This document shows, in pieces, positions 1-11,002 of a stretch of 20,000 nt of DNA (positions are counted from its first letter, which is position 1; every line of letters starts with the position of its first letter). The stretch spans positions 28,574,338 through 28,594,337 of the forward strand of contig NC_057720.1 in assembly GCF_004010195.1 (NCBI RefSeq), read 5' to 3'. The position numbers and the translations under genes are program-made. The stretch comes from Chiloscyllium plagiosum. Its lineage: Eukaryota. The notes below the pieces were generated by a model. That model searched no databases. It had not been told where the DNA came from and was given only the letters and a program-made list of their open reading frames with translations.

Positions 1-1360
1 GCAAATGATATGTGATCAGGAAAGAGACCATTGTCTGTTAAAAAGTACTATGCTCTAAGCTCCTCCTAGACTTAAAAAAGTTGAAACCAACAATGGTTCA
101 CATCATATTAAAACAATTTGCAATGTCTCATTTGGCCCATTTATTTCTAGAAGTACAAGAGACACATATTTTGCTTCCACTGTTTTAAGAACATAAATCT
201 GGCCCTCAACAAACTTGACTTCATACTTGGTTTATAAAATAGAACTCAATGGTATGAAAGTTCAGAAAATAAATGCTGGTGACATTTAAACTCTAATCAA
301 AGCTGATGCAAATTAAGTAGAATACAGTAGAAACAGGTAGATTTGTATTCTGGCAGCAATGTGTTGATTGTGTGGTGTTATAGACTACTGTTTATGTTTT
401 TTTAGCTGTGCAAAATGTAATGATACATTTTATGTCACAATTGGCTATCCAAACTTCCAGCCCTAATGCAAAGCCCCAAACACTGGCAGCAAATATATTG
501 TTAAATCATGATGTGATTATTTCTAGTTGATAAGTTCAGTGTAAGGAGCACGTAACATATTGCATGTATACTATTTCTATCCAAAGGTGGTGAAGTTGGA
601 TTGCAACAGCCGATCAGCATGATTAGAGTGCAAGGATGAGTTGTTGATTTGGAAAGGTGAGGCTCAAGGCCTGATTGACATTGGGCCGAGGGAATCATTT
701 AAATTAGATTGGCGAACAGCTGATGAGGCTGTCAGATAGATCCTGAGAAGTGGGCAAAATGTAAGGAAAAATAGTGGGGAGTGGCTGAGTGAGAGTAGGC
801 AATGCTTTTCATAATTGCTATGGGTTTGAGAGGACTATTTCTGATGCTACTGGCTCCATATTTGTGTAAACATTTGTTTTGAAACTTGTTGGGCTTCCAT
901 ATTTTAATACGGTTATTCTAAATGCAATAATAGTAAATTTAGGGCAACTCAATTCCAGGAAAGGATCTGGTAACCAGAGATAGTCCTCCTTTTTGCATAT
1001 CTACAAACCCAAGCACAAATTTTCCATGCATAAATCCTGCAAGTTTATAATTTGGCTTTTACCAATTCGAGGTGCTTATATTGTTCCAACTTTAGGAGAA
1101 TCACCTAAGACCTCACAAGCTGTTTACTTTATTGGCTTGAAGCAGATTGCCCAGAACGTCTGTCTCAACCCCTCTTCATAAAAGAAAAATTGTGACAAAA
1201 TACACCTCTTACAACCATAGTATCATCACTATATCTTGTCCAAACATTTCTTTCTCAGTTTGTTGAGTGCAGTTTGTAATCTCCTTGGAAAAACACCAAA
1301 TAAAATACTCATCACCTAATGTGTGACCTGAAATCATGAAACTGGGAGAAAGAGTCCCAT

Positions 1361-1566
1361 GCTGAAAATGTGTTGCTGGAAAAGCGCAGCAGGTCAGGCA
1401 GCATCCAAGGAACAGGAGAATTGGCGTTTTGGGCATAAGCCCTTCTTCAGGAATTGCCCGAAACGTCGATTCTCCTGTTCCTTGGATGCTGCCTGACCTG
1501 CTGCACTTTTCCAGCAACACATTTTCAGCTCTGATCTCCAGCATCTGCAGTCCTCACTTTCTCCTT
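1361..1566 (+). mobile_element. Hammerhead-bearing Penelope-like short fold-back retroelement, copy 1
   Basis: 75-bp inverted arms at 1361-1435 and 1455-1529 with 4 mismatches. Family 3' end is CTGATCTCCAGCATCTGCAGTCCTCACTTTCTCCT. Degenerate hammerhead on the minus strand (CTGAAGA-AGGGC-TTAT-GCCC-AAAACGCC) and a half core GCCCGAAACGTC on plus. Diverged 14-bp TSD: AAAGAGTCCCATGC (1349-1362) and AAAGGGTCACATGC (1567-1580). Confidence 0.8.
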
Positions 1567-2739
1567 AAAGGGTCACATGCACTGCCAACTGAGCTACATG
1601 TGCTGTGCAGGAATGTGCTCCTCAATGCCTTAACAACTCCACAACTTTCTGCATAGTGAAAGAAATGTTTGGAGAAGACCATTTCAGCTGTTCATTGTGA
1701 TCTTGAGTTTGTAAAGCATTTGGTAAAAGATTTCACTGATGCTTCGGAAAGAGATCAGGAGCAATTGGTTCTGCACCTCTGCCAACATCTGCAGTGTGGG
1801 CCAAGTGCATATACCTAACCATTCCTTATACCTTTGCAGTTGGTGGCAGGAGTTACGTGAGACAAACTAATGTTCCTTCAACATTTTGGGAAATAAGACT
1901 AGCTACTTTATTACCTTGTGATTTTGAAAAGCAATTTAAGTTCACAGCTTTTTTCTGAAGAATATCATGTATTTTGAATTATGTTTTATTTGTTCAGCTA
2001 TTATGTGTGTCTCTATGGGGTTGTTTAGAACAGTGTGAATTAAGTGATAAGCTGTCACTTTATCAGTTGCTATGTCAGTCACCAGCATGTTATGGATTTG
2101 CAGTGAATACTTTTAGGAACAAACAGACTATTAAAATGGTTGCTCCAAATAATGTGACCTTTGGCATTTGAGCTACGGAAGTTAAGTATCAAGCAAATAT
2201 CTATTTAAATATGAACATTCTTAGCCCATCTGGGAATTCCCACATCTCTTTAAGGATGAACCAACACAAAAGACTGTAGAATTTTCAGCCTATCTGTCTC
2301 TGTTTCATTCTTAACAAACAGGAACATTAAAATTCCATTTGTGGCAGATGGAAATGAAAGGATTCTATAAATCTTCCATTGTGCTGTGATGTTTTCCCCT
2401 ATCTCAATTACAGTGGGTGAATCTCAAAGGTGTTAAAGCAATAACACAGGATGTTGGAATCAACATACATTATTCCTTTTTGGGAAAGAAAGACTTCATA
2501 GTTTTTATGAAGAGGGAACCATGTTGTTAAAAATCAGGTGGAAGCAGTTTGGAAGAGTTTTGTTGATGCCATCAAACTAGTTGCAAGAAATTTGATAAGT
2601 CAAGGTAATTTATACCTTATAGCTAGGAGCTACTGCATCCCCATTTATTCTGACTTTAAGTTCACTTGAGAACAAACCTTTGAGAAATATGAATAATTCT
2701 AACACCAGATCAACTTTAATAATGTTAAAGACTTGAGTA

Positions 2740-3032
2740 TAAAATCTGCAGATATTAAGGTGCGGTCTCAAAATATAGTTCAAATAAACCACTGTCATCA
2801 GTATAAGCGACCATGAAATTATTGCACTATTACTAAAAACCCAATCTGGTACCTCATTTCTTTTGAAAAAGAAACCTCTAGTTATTAGCTAGATGTAACT
2901 CCAATCCCATGCCAATGTGATCCACTGGTCTCTAAAGTGACTGGGCAAATCATTCAGTTCAAGGAGACAGCCCACCACTGGACTTTTAGGAAATTAGGAC
3001 TGGGACAATAAATCCTGGCCTTGTCAGTAACA
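2740..3032 (+). mobile_element. Decayed shark SINE body and tail (same family as 8678-8839/9986-10090)
   Basis: GACCATGAAA...AAAAACCCAATCTGGT matches the reverse complement of 8815-8839 and 9998-10007. The tail TTAGGACTGGGACAATAAATCCTGGCCTTGTCAG resembles the old-LINE 3' end at 15770-15825. Boundaries are approximate. Confidence 0.5.
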
Positions 3033-3252
3033 GGAAGAAAGTGAGGACTGCAGATGCTGTAGATCAGAGACTAGAGTGTGGTGCTGGAAAAACGCAGCAG
3101 GTCAGGCAGCATTCGAGGAACAGGAGAATCACCATTTTGGGTATAAGCCCTTCATCAGGATGCCCTTGTGATGAAGGGCTTATGCCCGAAACACCAATTC
3201 TCCTGCTTGTCGGATGCTGCCTGACCTGCTGTGCTTTTCCAGCACCGCACTC
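3033..3252 (-). mobile_element. Hammerhead-bearing Penelope-like short fold-back retroelement, copy 2
   Basis: 84-bp inverted arms at 3074-3157 and 3169-3252. The family 3' terminus is at the left end, on the minus strand. Two head-to-head degenerate hammerheads: minus CTGATGAAGGGCTTATACCCAAAATGGT, plus GTGATGAAGGGCTTATGCCCGAAACACC. TSD CTTGTCAGTAACA (3020-3032) and CTTGTCAGAAACA (3257-3269). Confidence 0.8.
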
Positions 3253-5272
3253 CCGGCTTGTCAGAAACACTCACAATTCTACTGTGGCTTTAAAAACAAA
3301 GCTTTGTTGCAACCATGTGTATAGTGTTTCAGCAGTTTGAAGGTTTGACCATGTCCACTTGCCAGTCAAATAGATATCGTGTTTTTAGCTGGTCCGCATT
3401 GCATTATGGTTCCTGAATCAATTCTTTTGGAGTTTATCCAATTAACTAATATTTTTGGAAAAATTCAATGACAAATTTGCTTTCAACATGCAAGTCAAGT
3501 TTTATGAAAGAAGATGAAATGTTAAATGAGCTATGTAAATTTATAGTTTTAACTCTTTAAGTTATATCGAGATCTGGGAGACGTGGCCAATTATTATTTA
3601 AGTTTTGTCCAACAGTGGAGCACTGATTGTTTAAGAATCAAAACCTAGAAATTCCATTTGTAATGCTAGTGTTCAAATGATCAACAAATTCATTTGGCTG
3701 TTGATCGCACGATACTGTAACAGATATATTAACCCACAGGCAGAAATTAAAGTAATAGATATAGAAATGTCAAAACAATGTTTTTTTTTGTTTTCATAAG
3801 TTATGGTGGTAAAATTCTGATGTTACATTGCTCTCTGACAAGCGCTGGAAGATTTTCTCCCCCATTGCAAACAGTAATTTGTAGGCATGTGTGACTGAAG
3901 CAGTAACCACAGTCAAAACATACTACAATGAATGAAGAATAAGCATACAACTGAGATATATTCCTCTTGGAAACTTTTATTTAGTTAACCCTGACAACAT
4001 TGTAAATTAGGTATTTTTAATCACATTATTCTTTGGCTAATGAACTTAAGGATTTTAAAGTTGCATAATTTTCCCACAAAATTCTGTGAATACTTACATA
4101 TGTTTAGACAGCTACAAAACATGTCCCACTAGTCAAAAGGTAAAAAAAACTGTCTGAGAATCTGCTTTTAAAAATTGAATTACGTTGGTGGAGGGTGATT
4201 TTTATTTTAAGTAGAGTTTTGGCAAGCATAGTAAACCAGAAGATAGACTCTTTCCCAAATATGTACATAACTGTGTTTACATATTTCCATGTGGTGACTG
4301 TGATGCGTCTACATTAGAGAGTCAAAGAAAGAATTCCACAAAAAAATTGCACCATTATAGTGTTGGAATCAAAGAACATACCACAGGTCTCTGTGCATTT
4401 AAGTGCAAACTTGGATAAAGAAAAAATAAGAGGTGAAGTACATAAGCTATAGAAGCCTGACCATGACCAAGGTCAGAAACAACAGTAGATAGATTTAAAC
4501 CCGAAGGAAAACTGTACATGAGAACTTCCATTAATATACAGTAAAACTCGGTGCCAAACATAAATGGTAATAGAAAGTAGGTGAATTACACTGTATTGTA
4601 AACTTAACAGCTTCCTTGAAACACAACAGAAAGCTAACAATAAATTAAGTCTGTGAAAAAGTCTGGAAGAATTTCCAGAGACTATTAAAGTTAATTTGAA
4701 AAGTGAAAGCCCATTTTCTCACTGGCAAACTGTACCAGGAAAGTGATTGGTTATATTAACAGGAGAATTGTAAGGTTGTGTGTTAAGCAAGCTGAAGTAC
4801 ATTATCTGCTTACTTCCTGAAAAATCAGTTCTGGAGTCCTGAAGCACAATGCATTCAGCGTTCTCAGTGTTGTCTGACTGTGGTCAGCAAGCGAAGAGAG
4901 CAGGGAGCAAAATGTACTATGTTGATTAGGCCCTTATCTTAAATGCAAAGGAGGTGTCCATCCATAAGTAATTTACTTTTTAAAGGTCATCTGCCCAATA
5001 CTTCTCCGACACCCTCATTGTGTCAGCACTACTTGCTAGCCTGATGTGCCACATGGCCATTGCTAGATGTCTCAAAGCACTTTAAGCTAATTAAATAATT
5101 TTGAAGTGTGGTCAGTTTTGTAGGAAATACAGCAGCTAATATTCTCACAGTAAAGTTGTACAGACAGCAATGTGATAAGGGCCGGATCATTTGTTTGCAA
5201 TGTTGATTTAGGGAGACTAGGGATAAATCGCCCTCGCTTTCTTTAAAATAGTGTAATTGCACAGGCATATAT

Positions 5273-5732
5273 GATAGGTAGCTGACTCTGGGTATATTCC
5301 TGGAATTTCTATCACATGACTAAAATAACTTCACAGAGGCCAGTGTCTCATCACAAATTCACCCTTTATTTACACATGGAGAGTCCTTGACATTGATCCA
5401 GCTCTCTCAGAGCCAGCTCTCACACTGAAAACGATGTCTGATACTCCTGTCAGCTAGGACCCCCTGATTGGACCAGATTAACAGCCCCAATCAGGGAACG
5501 CATATTCTGAGGTCCATTTGTCTGACCTTGTTATATTCACCACAATGACTGTACATGTGGAACTATCCAACTGATCAAATAGCACATCTTTAAAAAAGCT
5601 TATTAATATTTTATAACTAATAAGTGGGAAAACAGATGTACTTAGGATCAGAAGTAGGCTTGCAGTAGTGCCCTGGACATTCTTTTTAATTCCGAGAGAC
5701 TCCAGGCCCATCATGACAGATCGGCAATCTTA
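5273..5732. mobile_element. Possible decayed MITE/DNA-transposon derivative inside the Deu-SINE
   Basis: It interrupts the SINE. The ends TAGGTAGCTGACTCT and GATCGGCAATCTTA only weakly resemble a TAGGGTTGCCAAC-type terminal inverted repeat. Confidence 0.3.
5321..5544 (-). mobile_element. Solo LTR (224 bp)
   Basis: Perfect 5-bp TSD ATGAC at 5316-5320 and 5545-5549. The minus strand begins TGTGGTG and ends TTATTTTA (probably a mutated ...CA). AATAAA lies on the minus strand at 5365-5370, and there are paired CCAAT boxes at 5462-5496. Confidence 0.75.
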
Positions 5733-7649
5733 ACTTGAATCTTCAGTTTAATGTCTTCTCTGCCAGTCCAGCACTCTGCTGGAGTGTCAGTTTGATTTTA
5801 GTTCTCATGCCCGGGTATGGGAGTTAAACCTGGAATCTTGTGATTCAGAAACCAAAGTACTACCAGTTGAGGCAGCCGACTCTCACCTGCCAGGTAGGAG
5901 AGCTGCTGAGAATGTTACCTTTTTTGATAATAGCTGGCTGTGTTATGTGCCAGTGAGATATTTAAGAGGCCAACAGTGGATTTTTTTCTAGGATCAAAGG
6001 TCCTGGGGGCAGAAATCCTGCCATTCAAGAGCTACCAGTCAATCAGAGACCAAAAGTTCTTCAGTATGATTGGTAAGCATGGTAGCTTCCAGCAATATAC
6101 CCACCTGAGGTCCAGGTATTGCTTTTCAGGCTCCCACATGATGGCTGCCGCACCCACAACTATTTAAGTACAAGTAGTGGTGGGACGAGGCGTTAATTTC
6201 CAACTTAGGGGACTTGATTGACATCAGGATGGGAAGGCTGCCCACGATCTTTCCTGCCTAAAACATTGGAGCAGAGACAAGAATGAGGTAGGGCCATCAT
6301 CTGACACACTCTTCTCTGAGTAAATGCCCCCTTTGTTTCCAAGCTCACCTTGGACGAGGGCAGAAATTTCCATCACGCTGTGCATATGTATAAACATTCC
6401 AGAATCAGGTGATAGTAGTGTAGAGTATCTGCTCTGCACTGACATTTAAATTTTAACAAACTCATAGCCTTTTCAGGCCACTTTCTTCTATGCAGGTCAA
6501 GCTGCTAGCTTTGGAAGCAGGTAAGAGTCTTTAGCCCAAAAGGGCCATTTTCTATAACTGCATCACTACCTTAGGTCCTTATTAACAATGAGGTAGTTTT
6601 GCCCACCAACTTTATATTTTGCGAAGTAATGGTCATCTCTAACAGAATAACTTATGTACCCACCATCACCACACCACCCGCATTTCCCAACAACCTCCAG
6701 CCCCCTACACATTCCCTCAAAACAAGAGGATCAAACTTTAGGTAGGTCAGATATTGTGACTAACAATTTGTAGGCCTGCGGTCCTGCAACCATTTTCCAC
6801 ATGCAGGGAGTCTAGACAAATGAGGCATATGCCTTAGATGATGGCATTCAATGTAACCTAATCCTGTGGTCATGCTGGCAACTTCAATGGAAAGTTTTGG
6901 GCTGAGCATCTGCAGTAATTGGGCAAGTTGTAATGTGGGTCAAAGCACATAAAATCATGTTATAACTTAGTGCCATTTAATAAATGTGTTTGTAACCAGA
7001 TCATACTGCCTTTCCTCCATTAAGCACTTCTGAGTAAGACATGTCTCCTGGTGCCTCTTTGAGTTCACACAGACTGCCTGTGGACACTGGGATGACTAAT
7101 ACAGTACTGTGTATATCTAAACTTGCTGCTTAAAGGATTTAAAAGTATGCTACGGGTAACATTTTCTGTCTTCTACCCCATGGGAAAGTGACTGGGTGCT
7201 GATCTCTGTTAAATACTTCTTCGATCATACTGGAGCTGAGATTAGTATCATTTACATGCCAATAGATTGTAAATGTCAATTTTTTTTATCATTGTCTCCT
7301 GGAGCTTAACTTTGTGAGCAGAAGAAAATGAACTTTAAGTTTCTTCATGAGTGGTATGAATGTGACTTTGATTCACTGACCGGAAATATATGTCTGCAGT
7401 TCAGATCTATTTCTGGTGACCAGACCCATTGGTCATTTTGTAGCAGGCTGTCGAATCTGTTGAGAGTGCAGGATTAGGCTGGATAGTGTAGAACAGATTT
7501 TGAACTGCATTTAGTTAAGTTGTATTGTTAGTTGTTTAGATCAAGATTTTTATGGTAGAATGTAAATGCCTACAAACAAGTCTAGATTATTTATGGTAAC
7601 ATTGTTAACCTTTAACTACAAGCAGGAATTGTGTTAATTCTGAACTGTG

Positions 7650-7940
7650 TGTGGCACGATGGCTCAGTGGTTAACATTGCTGCCTCACAGCACTAGGGTC
7701 CCAGGTTCAATTCCAGCCTCAGGTGACTGTTTGTGTGGAGTTTGCACATTCTCCCTGTGTCTGCGTGGGTTTCCTTCCACAAAGATGTGTAGGGAAGGTG
7801 AATTGGCCATGCTAAATTGCCCCTAGTGTTAGGTGCATTAGTCAGAGGGAAATGGGTTGGGTTACTCTTCAGAGGGTTGGTGTAGACTTGTTGGACTGAA
7901 GGGCCTATTCCCACACTGTAGGGAATTGTATTTAATCTCT
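7650..7940 (+). mobile_element. HE1-type V-SINE (tRNA-derived)
   Basis: Pol III A box TGGCTCAGTGG (7660-7670) and B box GGTTCAATTCC (7704-7714). V-domain GTGTGGAGTTTGCACATTCTCCCTGTGTCTGCGTGGGTTTCC. The 3' tail GACTTGTTGGACTGAAGGGCCTATTCCCACACTGTA is similar to the CR1 3' ends at 9925-9964 and 14750-14793. Confidence 0.88.
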
Positions 7941-8001
7941 ATCAAAATACTCTAATGTAGTTGTACTATCCATGGGATGGATTGTATAATAGAACTATTC
8001 T

Positions 8002-8524
8002 GGCTGTCCGCCATCTACAAGGCACACATCAGGATCCCACTTGCTTATACAGGTGCAGCTCCAAAAACATTCAAGACTCTGAAAATCATTCAGGACAAAC
8101 CAGCCCACTTAATTGGCATCCCACTCAAGACCTTAAACCTTCACTCCCTCCGCCTCTAACACACAGTGTCAATAGTATGTACTACCTTCAAGATGCATTG
8201 TAGCAACTCACGAAGTCTCCTTCAACAGTAGTTTCCAAACTTGGGATCTAGAAGGTCTGAGGAAATAACTGCATGGAACCATCCCCTGCAAGTTCATCTC
8301 AGTCGCACATCATCCTGACTTGAAACTATATGACAACTCCTTCAATGTCACTACATCCAAATCCTGGAATTCCCTTCCAGAGGTCACAGTGGGAGTAGCT
8401 GGACACCATAAACTGCAGCATTCTGAGAAGTAGGCTCGCTACTGCCATCTCAGGGGTAGTTTGGGAAAAACAGTGAATACTGGCTTAGCCAGTGATATCT
8501 ACGATGTCCAAATAAAACAAAAAA
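8002..8524 (+). mobile_element. 3' fragment of an old CR1/L2-clade LINE (ORF2 C-terminus plus 3' UTR)
   Basis: The translation LSAIYKAHIR..PLAYTGAAPKTFKTLKIIQDKPAHLIG is typical of the post-RT region. It is homologous to 15325-15830 and has an A-rich end. Confidence 0.75.
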
Positions 8525-8677
8525 TTCTATTCTGTCCATTTGATTTAAGTGTTCAGTGTAAGCTGTGTGCAGTCCATTAGGCAGACTGAATATGATAAAT
8601 CATGTTTTAATTTGGAATTAGACAATAGACGAAGAATACATTAGATTGATTTTAAACTTTACAGCATTGTATAAGAT

Positions 8678-8839
8678 TTCATCCATTCATTCATGGGATG
8701 TGGCATTGCTGGCTACGATAGTACTTATTGCCCATCCCTGGTTAAGAGTCAACCATATTGCTTTCGCATATAGGTCAGACTGGGTAAAGATTGCAGTCTC
8801 CTTGTCTAAAAGAAATTAGTGAATCAGATGGGTTTTTTT
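8678..8839 (-). mobile_element. Shark SINE, 3' part (split by the CR1 insertion)
   Basis: The minus strand ends GGGATGGGCAATAAG...GCCACATCCCATGAATGAATG, the old-LINE-type tail. The body is homologous to 2800-2930. Confidence 0.65.
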
Positions 8840-9985
8840 GCCCACAAAACTGGTTAGCAAGGTTAGAACACATGGAATACAGGGAGAACTAGCCATTTGG
8901 ATACAGAACTGGCTCAAAGGTAAAAAAACAGAATGTGATAATGGAGGGTTACTTTTCAGGCTGGAGTCCTGTGACCAGTGGTGTGCCACAAGGATTGATG
9001 CTGGATCCACTGCTTTTTGTAATTTATATAAATGGTTTGGATGTGAACATAGGAGCTATGGTTAATCAGTTTGGAGGTGACACCAAAAATGACAGTGCAG
9101 TGGACAACTAAGAAGATTATCTCAGACTACAATGGGACATTGATCAGATGGGCCGACGGGCCTAAGAGTGGCAGATGGAGCTTAATTTAGATAAGTGTGA
9201 GATGAGCATTTTGGAAAGGCAAATTAGGGCATAATTTATACACTTAATGGTAAGGTCCTGTGGAGTGTTGCTGAACAAAGAGACCTTGGAGTGCAGGTTC
9301 ATTGTTCCTTGAAAGTAGAGTTGCAGGTAGACAGAATAGTGAAGAAAGCATTTGGTATGCTTTCCTTTATTAGTCAGTGCATTGTGTATAGGAGTTGGGA
9401 GGTCATGCTGCTGCTGTACAGGACATTGGTTAGGCCACTGTTGGAATATTACATGCAATTCTGGTCTCCTTCATATTGGAAGGATGTTGTGAAACTTGAA
9501 AGGGTTCAGAAAAGATATACAAGGATGTTGCCAGTGTTGGAGGGTTTTGAGCTATAGTAGGATGCTGTATAGGCTGGATGTGTTTTCCCTGGAGCATCGG
9601 AGGCTGAGGGGTGACCTTATAGAGGGTTATAAAATCATGAGGGGCATTGATTGAATAAATAGACAAAGTCTTTTCCCTGGGATGAGGGAGTCCAGAACTA
9701 GAGGGCATAAGTTTAGGGTGAGAGGGGAAAAATTTAGAAGGGATCTTCAGGGGCAACATTTTCACGCAGAGTGTATGGAATGAGCTGCCAGAGGAAGTGG
9801 TGGAGGTTCGTACAATTACAACACTTAAAAGGCACCTGGATGGGTATATGTATAGGAAGGGTGTCGAGGGATGTGGGCCAAGTGCTGGCAAATGGAACTA
9901 GATTAATTTAGAATATGTGATCAGCATGGACAACTTGGACCGTAGAGTCTGTTTCCATGCTGTACAGCTGTATGACTCTATGACT
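8840..9985 (+). mobile_element. 5'-truncated CR1 LINE (HER1-like), copy A; RT pseudogene plus 3' UTR
   Basis: Frameshifted ORF2 pieces: KVRTHGIQGELAIWIQNWL, a degenerate GVPQG/FADD region, and LYRTLVRPLLEYYMQFWSP..KDVVKLERVQKR. It ends in the CR1-type tandem tail TATGACTCTATGACT. Confidence 0.93.
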
Positions 9986-10090
9986 AATTATTAGTAGTTT
10001 CATGGTCAGCTTGAGACTCTTAATTTCAGATTTTTATTGGATTCAAATTTCTCCATTTGAACTAGGGTTTATGCTGAGTCCAGATAAAAA
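9986..10090 (-). mobile_element. Shark SINE, 5' part (continuation of 8678-8839)
   Basis: TTTCATGGTC is the reverse complement of GACCATGAAA in the 2740-3032 copy and is collinear with the part left of CR1 copy A. The tRNA-like head is decayed. Confidence 0.55.
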
Positions 10091-10876
10091 TGCAGATGTA
10101 GAATGGAATTATTACGAATTATGCTGGAGGTTCAACATAATGGGCTGAATTGTACTCGCTCTCGAGGTTAGGGTTTGGGGGTGAGTGCAATAAAATGGTG
10201 AGGGAAGGCAAGAGGTGGAATGTAAATATCTTGTTGCCTTCATGCCATCTTGCCAATGCAGGTATGGTAGCTTGTATCAACCAGTCCTGATGCCAATTGA
10301 ATGACTCAAGGTAAATTAGCAGCCCCCTGCTGGCATTCTACCAATGAAGTGGAAAGGGGCTCCCCCTGTCATATGAGGAGATAACCAAGTAAACACTGGC
10401 TGCTTCCCAGCAAGGTTGGGCAGGACAGTTTTCTCTCATTCTTTGATGTATGGAGGACTCTCCCTACGGCAATAGCTGGTCTTGCAGCAACATACTCTGT
10501 CTTCTATGGCCCTGACCCCAGTTACAGGTTGGCAAACTGACAACCTTCCATGGCAGCCTCTTCTTCTAGATGCCTCCTTGGAAGAATTGGCTCCTGTTTC
10601 CAGTGATGCTGTTAGGTCTACTGACTGAGCTGCCAGTTCTCCAATGGACTCAAAATCCCTGGGAGCAAGTGACTAATCTTAATAGTTACAGCACTCCCAA
10701 TAGTAGCCAGTTTGCTAGCTGCCACTAACAAGGTGTAGCCCTGGGTTGACAGGACACCATAGCTGAACTTGCCTCTGACCTTTGGACCTGTTGACAGGAT
10801 CCTCACTACATGAATAAAATTGAAATGTCCTATTATTTCACCTTTGCCCAGAATAAGTTATTTTCCCTTCTTTTGT

Positions 10877-11002
10877 GGTTCAGAAAAGATTTACAAGGAT
10901 GTTGCCTGAATTGGAGGTTTTGAGCTTTAGGGAGAGGTTAAAATGGCTGGTGTTGTTTTTCCCTGGATCGACATAGAGGTTTCAAAATTCATGAGGGGCA
11001 TG
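10877..11002 (+). mobile_element. Short internal CR1 fragment
   Basis: GGTTCAGAAAAGATTTACAAGGATGTTGCC...CATGAGGGGCATG matches 9503-9647 and 14201-14332, with an internal deletion. Confidence 0.85.

Larger units (their letters stand above)
5055..5880 (-). mobile_element. Deu-domain SINE (SacSINE1-like), split by inner insertions into about 5055-5270 and 5733-5880
   Basis: TTTTGAAGTGTGGTCA...GTAGGAAATACAGCAGCTAAT...CAGCAATGTGATAA resembles the reverse-complemented Deu domain as recalled. A tRNA-like head remnant lies at 5810-5880. It is homologous to the plus-strand fragments at 17840 and 19100. Confidence 0.6.

Noticed and set aside
716..735. CTGATGA motif (also near 14934 and 19022)
   Set aside because: No stem II followed by GAAA downstream, so not hammerheads.
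1660..1818. Protein-looking open frame LEKTISAVHCDLEFVKHLVKDF...
   Set aside because: Bounded by stops, with no convincing splice pair and no recognised homology.
3041..3340. Similar ORFs on both strands (also 1209-1544, 16421-16743, 14204-14720) with recurring 'CCLTCCAFPA' and 'QQVRQH' peptides
   Set aside because: These are translations of the palindromic non-coding repeat, not a protein family.
7650..7720. tRNA-like sequence with A and B boxes
   Set aside because: It is the head of the HE1 SINE, not a tRNA gene.
8838..9891. ORFs with reverse-transcriptase similarity (also 12917-14252)
   Set aside because: Frameshifted, 5'-truncated LINE remnants, not functional CDS. The RT is CR1/L2-clade, so it is not the PLE partner.
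10140..10830. GC-richer block starting GGGCTGAATT (similar block about 6003-6903), possibly a decayed DNA transposon
   Set aside because: No matching terminal inverted repeat or TSD could be established by eye.
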